Below, piece by piece: positions 62,809-64,000 of a stretch of 64,000 nucleotides of DNA (position 1 is its first letter; each line of letters opens with the position of its first letter). Below the pieces are notes generated by a model. It was given only the letters and a program-made list of their open reading frames with translations, had not been told where the DNA came from and searched no databases. Source of the DNA: Trichosphaerium sp. ATCC 40318 (taxonomy: Eukaryota; Protista; Tubulinea); NCBI GenBank assembly GCA_038496445.1, contig JALMLS010000360.1:1-64000 (forward strand), read 5' to 3'. The translations under genes were made by a program, and so were the position numbers.

Positions 62809-64000
62809 AGTACTCTTCAGTACTATAAGAAAATTATTTAAATAAATCGTATTGAGGTTATCATCGGTTTCGATTTTGTTTCTTTGGTGGAAGTTTACAA
62901 AAAGAAATACCAAGTATCTTTTTGCTTATACGTTCTTACTCTATAAGTATTACTTTCTGATTTCTAGCTTGCACAGCGTTAACATTTTCAGAATCTATCA
63001 CGTGATTTTACAGGATGGTGCTGACCAACGTCCCTAAGAAAACTCATAATTTTATGCTCTTGTACAAACTTTTCTTTTCAGCAATCATTTACTTTGCAGT
63101 TCTCTGTGGGCGTAAGGTATTCATTACAAAAGTTCTTAGCCCAAATAAAAATGTCCCAGTTTTAAATGAAAGTCAACGTGCTAATATCGAGTTGAAGCCC
63201 ATCGGTATGTGTAAAAAGATTGAGGTATTTATGGTTACCTGTACTCATCTGTTAATTAATTTTTTATTCTATCTACAACGCCAACTTAGATTTTAACAAT
63301 CACACTTTACAGTAGGGGTACGAACGTTGTCTACTAAACCTATTAAACTTATGTGTTAATTAAAAACTGTAACGATTTTTTTAAAGCTCTAATTTTATCT
63401 TTACGACGCGTGACACGTGTTTTTATTCTATTGGTATTCAATTCTAGCCTAATTTTGTTCTAGTTTTGCAAATAGGTAGGTGCACCCATCGAAGTATCTT
63501 TAACGCAACGCACAAGACACCAACTTTATTTTTGTCAACAGTCGCTAGTACAATAATTTCTTGTTTTAGTGGATGGATTCTTACTGCCTTGTTATTTATC
63601 CTTTTAACAAGTGTATCGTCAGTCAATTTTTAGTTTCCTTGACATCTAATGATAACGGAGCTTGGATCTGTTTACTTCCGTTCTGACCGGTCATCTTATT
63701 ATTTGTCAGGCAGCTACACCTATTCAAGGTATGTCTAAAAAACTGTTAACCAAAAGTCTTTTTACTTAAGGCTATTGTAGCTGATGCTGAGTTTGTTTTA
63801 AAGTCGAAAGCTCATTTATTGGTACTAGTTTTTTAACTACAAGTTGTGTTCTTATGTCACAACCTTCTTGCCTTTTGTATTTTTAGTTGAACGAACGTCT
63901 AAAGTTCGAAAATGGTTTTCAAACTATTCGGATCAATTGGTTTACCCTTACCGGGTAAACTAGGTTTTACCGTTTTCAGGATCAGAACAACGGATCCTTA

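Overview
AT-rich, intron-dense eukaryotic DNA with mostly 40-60 nt GT-AG introns. It is most likely an amoebozoan, because the G-beta protein reads like Dictyostelium GpbA and an AcrA-like kinase-receiver-cyclase and a Clu-domain gene are present. The ORF track is mostly exon fragments and antisense shadows, so I rebuilt the gene models by hand. Layout: (1) 1-21 kb is an accessory or decaying zone with an ankyrin-repeat/PARP-like ADP-ribosyltransferase (ANK-ART) gene, a hAT-type MITE, Gypsy and LINE relics and several pseudogenes. (2) 21-35 kb holds conserved genes: ZMAT2/Snu23, G-beta, WBP4-like, Clu-TPR and START. (3) 35-49 kb is a second accessory zone with a GPI-type surface protein, a second ANK-ART, an intronless F-box-like/MORN gene and a bacterial-type secreted glycoside hydrolase. 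(4) 50-63 kb holds a membrane-bound His-kinase-like/4xREC/adenylate cyclase gene, a second F-box/MORN gene and a fucosyltransferase. The standout is the ANK-ART family, with two apparently intact genes and two relics. Each ankyrin repeat is a single phase-1 exon. In one copy, ten 151-bp units (52-nt intron plus 99-nt exon) have almost identical introns, while the exons vary mainly at the target-binding (DARPin-randomised) positions and are recombinant mosaics. This looks like a diversifying sensor coupled to an H-Y-E ADP-ribosyltransferase effector, a candidate amoebal immune system. All calls come from manual reading; no searches were run.
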